Part shown: positions 20,214 to 29,950 of the stretch, piece after piece | How positions within the stretch are numbered: the first letter of the stretch is position 1 | How the letters are laid out: every line of letters starts with the position of its first letter | Assembly (NCBI GenBank): GCA_963851265.1 | Contig: CAWKNZ010000002.1 | Location: forward strand, 416,001 to 480,000 | DNA from: an uncultured Gemmatimonadales bacterium | Lineage (GTDB): Bacteria > Gemmatimonadota > Gemmatimonadetes > Gemmatimonadales > Gemmatimonadaceae | DNA: 64,000 nucleotides | Direction of reading: 5' to 3' | Program-made: the position numbers and the translations under genes | Notes under the pieces: generated by a model | What the model was told of the DNA's origin: nothing | Seen by the model: the letters and a program-made list of their open reading frames with translations, nothing else | The model's database searches: none

Positions 20214-21935
20214 CTACCGCGTGAACCCCGCCATCGTCGCGCCCATCGCGTCGATCGTCGCCCTCGCGTTCCACCGGTCGCGGCCGTTGAAGATGAACGA
20301 GAACGCGAGCACCTCGCCGTCCGCCGCCGTGACGTAGCCGCCTAACGCGATCACCTCGTCGGTCGTCCCCGTCTTGGCGTGCAGGTTCCCGACGGCCGGC
20401 GTGCCGACCATGCGGTGCAGCATCAGCGCGCTCTCCCCGGCCACCGGGAGCGACGCGTGGAAGGCCGCCCCCCACGGCGCGCGGTGCGCGTAGCCGAGCA
20501 GCTGCACCATGGCGCGCGCGGTGACGCGGTCGAGCACCGAGAGCCCGCTGCCGTCCGTCACCGACACCGCGCCCGCCCTCGCCCCCACGCGCCCGGTGAG
20601 GAAGCGGTTGAGCAGGGCGTTGCCCGCCGCCGCCGACCCCACCGAGTCGCGCCGCGGCCCGCGCACCGCGTCGCGGAAGATGAGTTCCGCGAAGTGGTTG
20701 ATGCTCTCGCGGTTCATCACCGCCACGAGTTCGCCTAACGGCGGCGATTCGAGCGCCGCGACCGAGTCCGCGCCCGCCGGGGCCGGCCCGGCCCGCAGCC
20801 CGCCGTCCACCCGCACCCCCTCGGCGGCGAGCGCGGCCGCGACGGCGCCGGCGGTGAACGTCGCGGGGTCGGCGACCGTCAGCTGCAGGAGGCGCGCGCC
20901 GGCCGCGCGCCCCACCGTGCCGCGCGCGACCACGTGCCCGTCGGTGGCGCGGTACACGTGCACGTTCACGCCGCTGCCGCCGGTGACGCGCACGGCGTTC
21001 TCGACGCGGATGCCCGTCGTCGCCGGCTCCAGCCACACGTGCCCGTCGCCCGCGACGCCGACGACCACGATGTTTTCGTCGATCGACAGCGCGCCGAACG
21101 GCGCCGCGTAGCCCGAGCCCGCGTAGCGCGTGAGCCAGCCGTCGGGGATCGTGCGCGCCTCGAAGGCCGACGCGTCGGCCACCACGTCGCCGGTCACGTG
21201 CTTCACGCCCGCCGCCGCCACGCGTCGCGCGAGGGCGCGCGCCGGGGCGTCGTAACCCGTCCCGAATTCGGTCCCGCCCCAGAACCGCCGCGAGAACGAC
21301 GGGTCGCCGTCGCCGCGCACGACGAGGTCGCCGCGCACCGTGCCGTCGGCGTCGAGCGGTCCGGTGCGGAGCACTTCGGTCCTGAACCGCCAGTCCGGCC
21401 CCAGGCGGTCGAACGCGAGCACCGACGTGAACATCTTCATCGTCGACGCGGGCATTACCGGCGCGTCGGGCTCGCGGGTGAACAGCGTGTCGCCGCGGCT
21501 CAGCGACACCACGATCGCGCCCCAGTGCCCGTCCTCGCGCCGCGACAGGATCGTGCCGAGCGCCGCGTCGAGCTCGGCCGCGCCGCGCGGGGCGGTGTAG
21601 GCCGGGCGCGCGACGGTCACGGGGTGGGCGGACGGCCGCCGGGCACCGCGGCGCGGCTTCGCGCTCGCGTTGCCGCGGGCCGTCCCGGCCCCTCTCGCGG
21701 CTCCCCTCGTGGCGCCCTTGCCAGCTCCCTTGCCAGCTCCCTTGCCAGCTCCCTTGCCGGCGCGCGGCTTCGCGCCGCGTTTGCGGGCGGGTGGACGCGT
21801 CGGCGCGGCTTGCGTGAGGGGCGCGGCATCGACGGCCGCCGCTGCGGTGTCGGACGGGAGAGACGTGAAAGCGGCGGCCGCGAGGAGCACGGCCGCCGCT
21901 CGGCGCGGCAGGCGGATGAGGACGGACGACAGCAT
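20214..21935 (-). CDS. dacB: D-Ala-D-Ala carboxypeptidase/endopeptidase (PBP4, peptidase S13)
   Basis: PASTMK (SxxK), SIN (SxN), AKTGT, GDGDPS and DGSGLS motifs; signal peptide. Confidence 0.92.
   Translation of the reverse strand: MLSSVLIRLPRRAAAVLLAAAAFTSLPSDTAAAAVDAAPLTQAAPTRPPARKRGAKPRAGKGAGKGAGKGAGKGATRGAARGAGTARGNASAKPRRGARRPSAHPVTVARPAYTAPRGAAELDAALGTILSRREDGHWGAIVVSLSRGDTLFTREPDAPVMPASTMKMFTSVLAFDRLGPDWRFRTEVLRTGPLDADGTVRGDLVVRGDGDPSFSRRFWGGTEFGTGYDAPARALARRVAAAGVKHVTGDVVADASAFEARTIPDGWLTRYAGSGYAAPFGALSIDENIVVVGVAGDGHVWLEPATTGIRVENAVRVTGGSGVNVHVYRATDGHVVARGTVGRAAGARLLQLTVADPATFTAGAVAAALAAEGVRVDGGLRAGPAPAGADSVAALESPPLGELVAVMNRESINHFAELIFRDAVRGPRRDSVGSAAAGNALLNRFLTGRVGARAGAVSVTDGSGLSVLDRVTARAMVQLLGYAHRAPWGAAFHASLPVAGESALMLHRMVGTPAVGNLHAKTGTTDEVIALGGYVTAADGEVLAFSFIFNGRDRWNARATIDAMGATMAGFTR
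21715..21758 (-). repeat. In-frame 12-bp tandem repeat (GKGA) in the dacB N-terminus
   Basis: CCCTTGCCAGCT x3 plus a partial copy. Confidence 0.85.
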
Positions 21936-21937
21936 GG

Positions 21938-21985
21938 GCGGTGCGACGTGCGGTGCGACGTGCGGTGCGACGGGCGGTGCGACGG
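21938..21985. repeat. 12-bp tandem repeat GCGGTGCGACGK x4 directly upstream of dacB
   Basis: Four adjacent copies beginning 3 bp from the dacB ATG. Confidence 0.85.
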
Positions 21986-22052
21986 CGGCGAAACGCGCGG
22001 CGGACCGGGGCCGCCGCGTGGCGAGCAGTCTACACGGTCCGCGGCCGGCCCG

Positions 22053-23333
22053 TCACACCCGGAAGATGATCTTGCGCTTCCAACACCACGCGAGCACGAC
22101 GTACCAGAACCCGACGAACAGGAGCGCGAACGCGAGCGATGCGTCGCGCGGCGAGAGCCACGTCGCGAGCGCCTTGTCGTAGAACGCGTCGACCAGGCTC
22201 GTCCGCTCGCCGTCGACCTGCACGTGCACGATCGAGTAGATGCACCGCGCGAGCACGCCCGACCCGACGAAGGCGATCATGGGATTCGTGCCGTAGATCG
22301 CGAACGGCCGCGTCCACCCGGTGACCTGCCGCGCGTCGATGAGCCACATGCACGTCGCGAGCGCCACGCACGCCATCCCCGCCGTGAACAGTGCGAACGA
22401 ACTCGTCCAGAGCGACTTGTTGATCGGGAATACCCAGTGCCACATCAGCCCGCCCATGATGCCGAGCGTGCCCGCGGCGTAGAGGCCGTTGATGCGCTCC
22501 GCGAGCGGCCGCGCGCGCTCGCCGATCCAGCGGCCCGCGAAGTTGCCGAACATCGCCGTCCCGATGGCCGGAATCGTCGAGAACAGCCCTTCAGGGTCGC
22601 GCACGCGGTTGCCGCCGACCCACAGATGGTCGGGCCGCAGGAGCGTCCGGTCGACCCACGCGTCGAGCGTGAGCCCCGGCCGCCCGAGCACGAACAGCCC
22701 CTGCACGCCGCCCGACCCGGGCACGGGCAGGAGCGTCATCGCCCACCAGTACCCGTACAGCAGCACCGCGAGGACGATCACCTGCTGCTTGAGCGTCGTG
22801 CGCATCGTGATCAGCCCGGCGGCCGTGTAGGCGATCCCGATGCGCTGCAGCACGCCCATGATCCGCAGGTGCTCCAGGCGGTACAGCACGCGCTGCAGTA
22901 CCGTGGGGTCGGCGATGCCCTTGATCTCGCCCCACTGCAGGAACGGGAACCAGTTGAGCAGCAGGCCGAACAGGAAGATCAGTGCGCCACGCCGGACGAT
23001 CTGGCGCGTGATGGCCCCGTCGTCGGCCCCGGCCGCCCGGCGCGCACCGAGTGAGAGCTGCGTGGTGATGCCGACGATGAACAGGAAGAACGGGAAGATC
23101 AGATCGGTCGGCGTCCACCCGTGCCAGGGCGCGTGCTCCAGCGGCGGGTAGATGTGCTCCCACGACCCCGGGTCGTTGACGAGCAGCATGGCCGCAACGG
23201 TGATCCCGCGGAACACGTCCAGAGAGAGAAGGCGTTCACGCGCCGGCGGAGTGCTCACGCCCGCGGGGTGCGCGGCCAGCGGCGTGGCCGGGATCGACGC
23301 GGCGGGAGGCGGAGGAACGAGGGTCGCAGACAT
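22053..23333 (-). CDS. Membrane acyltransferase, HGSNAT/DUF5009 (NagX-like) family
   Basis: [50 protein letters not shown]. Confidence 0.9.
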   Translation of the reverse strand: MSATLVPPPPAASIPATPLAAHPAGVSTPPARERLLSLDVFRGITVAAMLLVNDPGSWEHIYPPLEHAPWHGWTPTDLIFPFFLFIVGITTQLSLGARRAAGADDGAITRQIVRRGALIFLFGLLLNWFPFLQWGEIKGIADPTVLQRVLYRLEHLRIMGVLQRIGIAYTAAGLITMRTTLKQQVIVLAVLLYGYWWAMTLLPVPGSGGVQGLFVLGRPGLTLDAWVDRTLLRPDHLWVGGNRVRDPEGLFSTIPAIGTAMFGNFAGRWIGERARPLAERINGLYAAGTLGIMGGLMWHWVFPINKSLWTSSFALFTAGMACVALATCMWLIDARQVTGWTRPFAIYGTNPMIAFVGSGVLARCIYSIVHVQVDGERTSLVDAFYDKALATWLSPRDASLAFALLFVGFWYVVLAWCWKRKIIFRV

Positions 23334-23478
23334 CGGCACGGAGGTTGAAGCCGAACGTTACTCGGCAGCTGGACGGCCGGCACTGGGCTTTCCCCGGTCC
23401 CGGCCACAAGTTGGCGTAGATGTGGGCCGGCGGTGATTGCCGGCGGCTCGCGGACGATCACCCGGGGGGAGTCGGCGT

Positions 23479-24039
23479 ATGGCGATCGAAAACCGGACGT
23501 TGCGTGAAGGGATCACGGGCGGACTGCTGGCGGCGGCATCGGTCGCCATCTGGTTCCTCATCCTCGACACGGTTGGTGGCCACCCGTTCTACACGCCGCT
23601 CCGACTCGGCGAGAGCGTGGCGTCGTTCTTCGGCGGCACGGGGGGCGGCGCGGCGGTCACGTACGTGCTCGGGTACACGCTTTTCCACGTCATCGCGTTC
23701 ACGCTGTCCGGAATCGTCGTCTCGGCGGTCGTGAACCGGGCGGAAGCGGAGCCGTCGCTGCTCTTCGGCCTGCTCATCATCTTCGTCGCCTTCGAGCTCG
23801 GTTGGTACGGCCTGTCGGCCATCCTCTCCAGCGAGCAGGCGTACGGGTCGATCGCGTGGTACCAGGTGATGGTCGCCAACCTGATCGCGGCGGCCACGCT
23901 GGGCATCTACATGTACCGCCGCCACCCGGCGCTCCTCGAACGCGCGTCGGCCGCCGTGTCCGGAGGCACCGACGGCGACCGCCGCGTGGCTCAGGTGGCC
24001 CGCACGGACGAGGATCGTCGCCGCGCGGCGCGCGCGTAG
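23479..24039 (+). CDS. Hypothetical membrane protein (about 4 TM helices)
   Basis: Several hydrophobic helices; GGAG Shine-Dalgarno before the ATG. Confidence 0.75.
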   Translation: MAIENRTLREGITGGLLAAASVAIWFLILDTVGGHPFYTPLRLGESVASFFGGTGGGAAVTYVLGYTLFHVIAFTLSGIVVSAVVNRAEAEPSLLFGLLIIFVAFELGWYGLSAILSSEQAYGSIAWYQVMVANLIAAATLGIYMYRRHPALLERASAAVSGGTDGDRRVAQVARTDEDRRRAARA

Positions 24040-25364
24040 ACCAACGGCCCGAGCGCGACCGCGGCGAGCGACCCGCCGATCGCGCTCGCGCCGTACTTGC
24101 CGCCCGCGACCGAGTACGCGGTCGCGGTGACGAACACGAGCGCGGGGAGGGCCGCGAGCGCGGCCACCCCGCGCGTGCCTAACGGAAGGCGGAACGGCCC
24201 GCGCAGCCCGGGCTCGGCGCGCCGCAGCTGGACCAGCGCCCCGAACTCCAGGAACATCGCGAGCGCGTACAGCAGCGCGTCGGCGACGACGAGCTCCCGG
24301 AACGGCAGCACCGTGAACGCCGAGTAGAACAGCGCCGCCACGACGACCGCCGTGCGCGGCGTGCCGCGCGCGTCCACGCGCGCCAGCCGTCCGGGGAGCA
24401 ACCCGTCTTCGGCCAGGACCAGCGGCACGCGGCTGAAGCTGAGCAGCAGCGCGTTGTAGAGCGCGAGCGCGCTCACCATCCCCGCGACGGCCACCGCGGC
24501 CGCGAGCACCGGGCCCGCCGCGCCGCCCGTGGCCCGCGCGATCGCCGGCCACGCGCCGTCCGTCCACGTCGTCCAGTCCGACGCGGCCAGCGTGGGCAGC
24601 AGCGGCACGAAGTAACTCGCCGCGACGAGCGGTACGGCGATCGCGAGCGCGCGCGGGTACGCGCGCCCCGCGTCCTCGATCTCGCCGAGTGCGGTGCTCG
24701 CGTTGTCCCAGCCGAAGTAGTTCCACATCGCGATCGAGAGCCCGACCCCGAGCCCGGCGAACGGCGAGGCGCCCGGCCCCGATCCGACCCGCGTGAACGG
24801 CGCCCACGGCGCGTGCCACGGCGTGCCCGTCACGCCCGCGCGCCCGCTCGCGATCGCCGCGACGCCGATCGCGCCGAAGGTCGCGAGCACGAAATAGCCC
24901 GCCCACGTGCCGACGCGCCCCACGCGGAGCGCGCCGCGCAGGTTGATCGCGGTCGCGCCCCAGATCACGGCGAGGCGCACCGCCCACACGCCCCAGCCGG
25001 GCAGCCCGGGCGCGAACCACGCCAGATACTGCGTGAACAGCACCGGGTAAATGGCCATGTCGACGAGCGAGTACAGCCACGTGTACCAGCCGTTCTGGAA
25101 GGCCCAGAACGGGCCGAACGCGCGCCGCACCCAGCGGTAGTAGCCGCCCTCCTCGGGCAGCATGCTGGCGAGCTCGCCGATGAGCAGCGCCTCGGGCACG
25201 CTCCACAGCACCGGGACGACGGCGAGCAGCAGCAAGGCGAGCCCTGGCCCGACCTCGGCGACGAGCGTCTCGGTGGTGAACGCGCCGCCCGAGACGGTGA
25301 AGAAGAGCAGGAAAACGACGGCGCGCGTCGTGAGCGTGCGGCGGAGCCGGACCGGAGTGGTCAA
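23991..25364 (-). CDS. APC-family amino acid/polyamine permease
   Basis: SGGAF..E, ELASMLPEEGGYYRWVRRAFG, WNYFGWD, RGPFRLP; many TM helices. TTG start inferred. Confidence 0.88.
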   Translation of the reverse strand: MTTPVRLRRTLTTRAVVFLLFFTVSGGAFTTETLVAEVGPGLALLLLAVVPVLWSVPEALLIGELASMLPEEGGYYRWVRRAFGPFWAFQNGWYTWLYSLVDMAIYPVLFTQYLAWFAPGLPGWGVWAVRLAVIWGATAINLRGALRVGRVGTWAGYFVLATFGAIGVAAIASGRAGVTGTPWHAPWAPFTRVGSGPGASPFAGLGVGLSIAMWNYFGWDNASTALGEIEDAGRAYPRALAIAVPLVAASYFVPLLPTLAASDWTTWTDGAWPAIARATGGAAGPVLAAAVAVAGMVSALALYNALLLSFSRVPLVLAEDGLLPGRLARVDARGTPRTAVVVAALFYSAFTVLPFRELVVADALLYALAMFLEFGALVQLRRAEPGLRGPFRLPLGTRGVAALAALPALVFVTATAYSVAGGKYGASAIGGSLAAVALGPLVYARAARRRSSSVRAT

Positions 25365-25490
25365 TAGCGGGCGGGAGCGGGCGAGCCGGTGGGGGTGAGT
25401 CGGCAGGGGTTGAGTCGGAACTTGCAGGGACCTGCCCCGCGACACGCGCGTCACACCCGACCTGTTACGCCGCCAACCCCCAGATCCGTC

Positions 25491-26180
25491 ATGCTCAGCC
25501 GCCCCACCGCGATCGTCTTCGATTCGAACGAGACACTGCTCGACCTCGCCGCGCTCGACCCCGCCTTCCGCGAGGCGTTCGGCGATCCGTCGGCGCGGCG
25601 CACCTGGTTCAAGCAGGTGCAGGAGCTGTTCATGACGTCGATCGCGACCGGCGTCTACCGGCCGTTCGACGAACTCGTGGACGTCGCGCTCGACATGACG
25701 GCGCAGCAGCTGGGACTCGCGGCAGTGCCCGAGGCGGGGCGGGCGCGCATCCTGGCCGAGCTGCCGGCGCTGCCGCTGCACGCGGACGTCCGCCCCGCGC
25801 TCGACCGGCTGCGCGAAGGGGGGGTGCGCGTGGCCGTCCTCACCAACTCGACGCCGAAGGCCGTCCGCGCGCAGATGACCGCGAACGACGTCGCGGACGC
25901 GTTCGAGCGCCTGCTCTCGGTCGACGCCGTCGAGCGCTACAAGCCCGCGCGGGAGGCGTACGCGTACGCCTCCCGCGAGCTCGACGTCGCACCCGGCGAG
26001 ATCCTCCTCGTCGCCGCGCACGGCTGGGACTGCGCCGGCGCGATGGCCGCGGGGTGCCGGGCCGCGTTCGTGCGGCGGCCCGGCCAGGCGTTGGACCCGA
26101 AGGGCCCGCGGCCGGAGCTGGACGTGAAGACCCTCTTCGCGCTGGTCGACGCGGTGTTAGGCGGACGAGAGCCGCGTTAG
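25491..26180 (+). CDS. Haloacid dehalogenase type II
   Basis: FDSNETLLD, LTNS, YKP, VAAHGWD motifs. Confidence 0.88.
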   Translation: MLSRPTAIVFDSNETLLDLAALDPAFREAFGDPSARRTWFKQVQELFMTSIATGVYRPFDELVDVALDMTAQQLGLAAVPEAGRARILAELPALPLHADVRPALDRLREGGVRVAVLTNSTPKAVRAQMTANDVADAFERLLSVDAVERYKPAREAYAYASRELDVAPGEILLVAAHGWDCAGAMAAGCRAAFVRRPGQALDPKGPRPELDVKTLFALVDAVLGGREPR

Positions 26181-28618
26181 ACGACGAGGTTCAACAACCG
26201 CCCCGCCACGAAGATCACCTTGCGCGGCTCGCCCGTCACGAACTTCGCGATCCCCGGCTCGGCCATCGCGGCCGCGATCGCCTGCTCCTGGCCGGCGTCC
26301 TTGGGCAGCTGCACCGTGCCGCGCGTCTTCCCGTTCACCTGGACCGCGATCGTCGCCGACTCCTCCGCCGCGAGCGACGGGTCGTACGGCGGCCACCCCG
26401 AGTCGAACACGCTCGGCGCGTCGGCCCCGTGCGCGCGCGCCCACAGCTCCTCGGCCAGGTGCGGCGCGAACGGGGCCGCGAGCTGCACCAGCGGCAGGAC
26501 CTCGCCCCGGTGCGGCGTGCGCTCGCCCTGCCGCAGCACGTTCACGTAGCTCATCATCTCGGCGATCGCCGTGTTGTACGACAGCCGTGCGACGTCGTCG
26601 CCGACCTTCTTGATGGCCTGGTGCAGCCGGCGTAGCACCGCGCGGTCCGGCGCCCCGTCCGCCGTCATGTCGCGGGCGCTGTTGTACAGCCGGTCGAGGA
26701 AGCGCCGCACGCCCGAGATCCCCGCGTCGCGGAAGTCGCCGCCCTCCTCGTAGGGCCCGAGGAACATGAGGTAGGTGCGGAACGTGTCCGCGCCCCACCG
26801 CTCGATCGTGTCGTCGGGGTTGATCACGTTCCCCTTGGACTTCGACATCTTCGCGCCCTCGCGCACGATCAGCCCGTGCGCGCGGAACTTGGTGAACGGC
26901 TCGTCGAAGTCGACGTGCCCCGCGTCCTTCAACGCCATCGTCACGAACCGCGAGTAGAGCAGGTGCAGCACCGCGTGCTCGTTGCCGCCGATGTAGCTGT
27001 TTACCGGGAGCCACGTTTTCGTGCGCGCGCGGTCGAACGGCACGTCGGCGCGGTCGGCGCTCGGGTAGCGCAGGAAGTACCACGAGCTATCGAGAAACGT
27101 GTCGCTCACGTCCGTCTCGCGCCGTGCGTCGCCGCCGCACGACGGGCAGGCGACGTGGTACCACTCCGCGTCGCGCGCGAGCGGGCTCACCCCCGAGTCG
27201 TCGGGCTTGAAATCTTCGAGGTACGGCAGCACCACGGGCAGCTGCGACTCGGGCACCGGCACCGTGCCGCAGTGCTCGCAGTACACGATCGGGATCGGCG
27301 GCCCCCAGTAGCGCTGCCGCGAGATGCACCAGTCGTGCAGGCGGTAGTTGGTGGTCGCGCGCGCCGCCCCGCGCTCGGCGAGCCACGCCACCACGGCCTG
27401 CTTGCCCTCGTCGACCGTGAGGCCGTCGAACTGCGCGGACCCGACGAGCCGCGCCTCGGCGCCCTCGCCGTCGACCACCTGGACGACCGGGAGCGCGAAC
27501 CGCTCCGCGAACTCCAGGTCGCGCGCGTCGTGCGCGGGCACGGCCATGATCGCCCCCGTGCCGTATTCCATCAGCACGTAGTCGGCGATCCACACCGGCA
27601 CGGGCGCGCCCGTGGCCGGGTTGGTCGCGTACGCGCCGGTGAAGACGCCCGTCTTCTCCTTGTCGATCTTGCGGCTGACCACGTCCTGCCGGGCCGTCGC
27701 CTCGCGGTAGGCGTCGACCGCCGCGCGCTGCTCGGGTGTGGTCACCGCGTCGACCAGCGGGTGCTCGGGGGCGAGCACGAGGTACGTCGCGCCGAAGATC
27801 GTGTCGACGCGCGTGGTGAAGACGGTCGCGATCCTCTCCCCGTCGGGCGTCGGGATCGCGAAGTCGACCTGCGCGCCCGTCGAGCGCCCGATCCAGTTCC
27901 GCTGCGCGGTCTTGGTGGTGTCGCTCCAGTCCAGCCACTCGAGGTCGTCGAGCAGCCGCCCCGCGTAGTCCGAGATGCGGAAGAACCACTGCTCGAGGAA
28001 GCGCTGCTCGACCGCCGTGCCGCAGCGCTCGCAGTGGCCGTCGATCACCTGCTCGTTGGCGAGCACGGTCTTGTCGAACGGACACCAGTTGACGGCCGCC
28101 TTCTTCTTGTACGCGAGCCCCTGCTTGTGCAGTTGCAGGAACACCCACTGCGTCCACCGATAGTAGTCCGGCTGCGACGTGTCGACCGAGTAGCGCCAGT
28201 CGACCATCAGCCCCGCGCGGTCGAGCTGCCGCCGGAAGTTGGCGACGTTGCGCGGGGTCATCGCCATCGGGTGCGCGCCGACCTTGAGCGCGTAGTTCTC
28301 GGAGTGGATGCCGAACGCGTCGAAGCCTAACGGCTGGAAGACCGTGCGCCCCTGCTGGCGCATGAAGCGCCCCTGGATGTCGGTGCCCGTGAACGCGAAC
28401 AGGTTCCCCACGTGCAGCCCCTCGGCCGACGGGTAGGGGAACATCATGAGCTGGTAGTACGGTGGGCGCGCGGGGTCGCTCGCGTCGAGGTCGGCGTGGT
28501 TCGTGCCCCGCTCCTGCCACCGGCGCTGCCACGCGGCCTCGACGGCGGCGGGGTCGTAGCGGTCGGGTTCGGGTGCGGGCGCGGACGGCGCGGGGGGAGA
28601 CGAGGTCGGGACGGTCAT
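26177..28618 (-). CDS. leuS: Leucine--tRNA ligase
   Basis: MFPYPS..LHVGN (HIGH motif), editing domain GTGAIMAVPAHD, SRQRYWG, KMSKS, VQVNGK. Confidence 0.98.
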   Translation of the reverse strand: MTVPTSSPPAPSAPAPEPDRYDPAAVEAAWQRRWQERGTNHADLDASDPARPPYYQLMMFPYPSAEGLHVGNLFAFTGTDIQGRFMRQQGRTVFQPLGFDAFGIHSENYALKVGAHPMAMTPRNVANFRRQLDRAGLMVDWRYSVDTSQPDYYRWTQWVFLQLHKQGLAYKKKAAVNWCPFDKTVLANEQVIDGHCERCGTAVEQRFLEQWFFRISDYAGRLLDDLEWLDWSDTTKTAQRNWIGRSTGAQVDFAIPTPDGERIATVFTTRVDTIFGATYLVLAPEHPLVDAVTTPEQRAAVDAYREATARQDVVSRKIDKEKTGVFTGAYATNPATGAPVPVWIADYVLMEYGTGAIMAVPAHDARDLEFAERFALPVVQVVDGEGAEARLVGSAQFDGLTVDEGKQAVVAWLAERGAARATTNYRLHDWCISRQRYWGPPIPIVYCEHCGTVPVPESQLPVVLPYLEDFKPDDSGVSPLARDAEWYHVACPSCGGDARRETDVSDTFLDSSWYFLRYPSADRADVPFDRARTKTWLPVNSYIGGNEHAVLHLLYSRFVTMALKDAGHVDFDEPFTKFRAHGLIVREGAKMSKSKGNVINPDDTIERWGADTFRTYLMFLGPYEEGGDFRDAGISGVRRFLDRLYNSARDMTADGAPDRAVLRRLHQAIKKVGDDVARLSYNTAIAEMMSYVNVLRQGERTPHRGEVLPLVQLAAPFAPHLAEELWARAHGADAPSVFDSGWPPYDPSLAAEESATIAVQVNGKTRGTVQLPKDAGQEQAIAAAMAEPGIAKFVTGEPRKVIFVAGRLLNLVV

Positions 28619-28921
28619 GCGAGCGAGCGAGAAGGGGAAACTCGCAATCTAGCCGCCACTGACACCGCTCACGGCGCGGGCGGATCCGACGCCGTGCGCT
28701 CGGCGCACCGGCCGTTCACCTGCGCGCTGTTCGGGCGCGGAGCGATCGTGCCGCGTGCAATCCGGGCCGTGAAGGCCAGCGGTCACGAAGGGAGCGGGAA
28801 CGGCGGCGTCGGGCGATCTCGCAAGTCCTTCCACTCGCACGATCGCGGCTCGGTGCACAGGAAATGCGTTAATGACGGGACCGTTACTCTGTGCTCCCGT
28901 CTGCCACGATCAAGAGCGACC

Positions 28922-29926
28922 ATGCGCGAACGCCGACCGTATTTCACGACTGCCGCCGCAGCTGCCGTTCTGACCGTTGCGGCGCTCGCGGGAACCAGCG
29001 GATGCGGCACCGATCGGGTCACCGCCGACGCACGCCGGACACTCGGCACGCAACTCGGCGCCATCCCCGGCGCGGGCACGACCGGGACCGATCGGCGCCA
29101 GTCGGCATCGGCCGACGACCTCGCGGCGGCGCGCCGCTACCTCGAAGCGACGCTCCGCCTCGACCCGACGAACGAGGGCGCGCGCGCCGCGCTCGCGGGA
29201 CTGGGCGGCCCGTCCGACGTCGATCCCGCTCTCGTCAACCTGACGCCCACGTCAGGACCGGTGGCGAGCCGTGCCGCCGGTGCCCGCACGTCGGCGTCGT
29301 TCGGCGAGGTCGCGGTCGGGGCCGTCGGGGCGATCACCTCGGACCTGGCCCAGGCCGTCGGGCCGGTCGCCCGTACGCCGGCGCTCGTCGGCGGACGGTC
29401 GGCGGCCGATTCCACGCACGAGATCATGGCCATCGTGAGTCCGTCCGCGGACAGCGCCGGTCGGGCCGCCGCGCGCCCGCCGCGCTCCCACTCGACCGGT
29501 GTGCGGCGGCGCGACGAAGTCGAACCGGCAACGGCGATCGCCGCCCGCGACGACAGCACGCGAGCCCCGGACGCGAAGCCCGCCGACGCCGACCGCTCGG
29601 CCGCAACACAGCCTGCGAAGCACAAGCGCACGTGGCCGTGGACGCGCGCCCAGCGCTGGTTGGTGGCCAAGGGCATCGGCGCCGGCGGCGGCGCGGGCGT
29701 GGTCGTGGGTGCCCTCGTCGGCAACGTCCCGGGCGCGCTCCTCGCGGGCTCGCTCACCGGCGGCGCGCTCGGATTCCACAAGGCCACCAAGATCGGGCCG
29801 GCGGCACCCTACCCGTCAAAGAGCGACAGCGTCGCGTTCGACGCGAACCATCGTCGACGCGACACCGAGAAGTCCAAGAAAGCGCCCGCCGATACCGGGG
29901 CCCGGGTCGCCGTCGCGCATCGCTGA
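28922..29926 (+). CDS. Hypothetical exported (lipo)protein with TPR-like helix pair and glycine zipper
   Basis: Signal ending ...LAGTSGC; LEATLRLDPTNEGARAAL; C-terminal GAGGGAGVVVGALVG...GGALG. Confidence 0.6.
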   Translation: MRERRPYFTTAAAAAVLTVAALAGTSGCGTDRVTADARRTLGTQLGAIPGAGTTGTDRRQSASADDLAAARRYLEATLRLDPTNEGARAALAGLGGPSDVDPALVNLTPTSGPVASRAAGARTSASFGEVAVGAVGAITSDLAQAVGPVARTPALVGGRSAADSTHEIMAIVSPSADSAGRAAARPPRSHSTGVRRRDEVEPATAIAARDDSTRAPDAKPADADRSAATQPAKHKRTWPWTRAQRWLVAKGIGAGGGAGVVVGALVGNVPGALLAGSLTGGALGFHKATKIGPAAPYPSKSDSVAFDANHRRRDTEKSKKAPADTGARVAVAHR

Positions 29927-29950
29927 CCGCTGGCGCGGAGCGCCGGGGCC

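Noticed and set aside
17917..21036. 1039-aa minus-strand ORF and similar long Arg/Ala/Pro-rich ORFs (e.g. 20934..23054, 59865..62696)
   Set aside because: Shadow frames of well-supported genes, expected at this GC content; no domain motifs.
21938..21985. Short repeats as a CRISPR array
   Set aside because: 12-bp adjacent units with no spacers and no cas genes.
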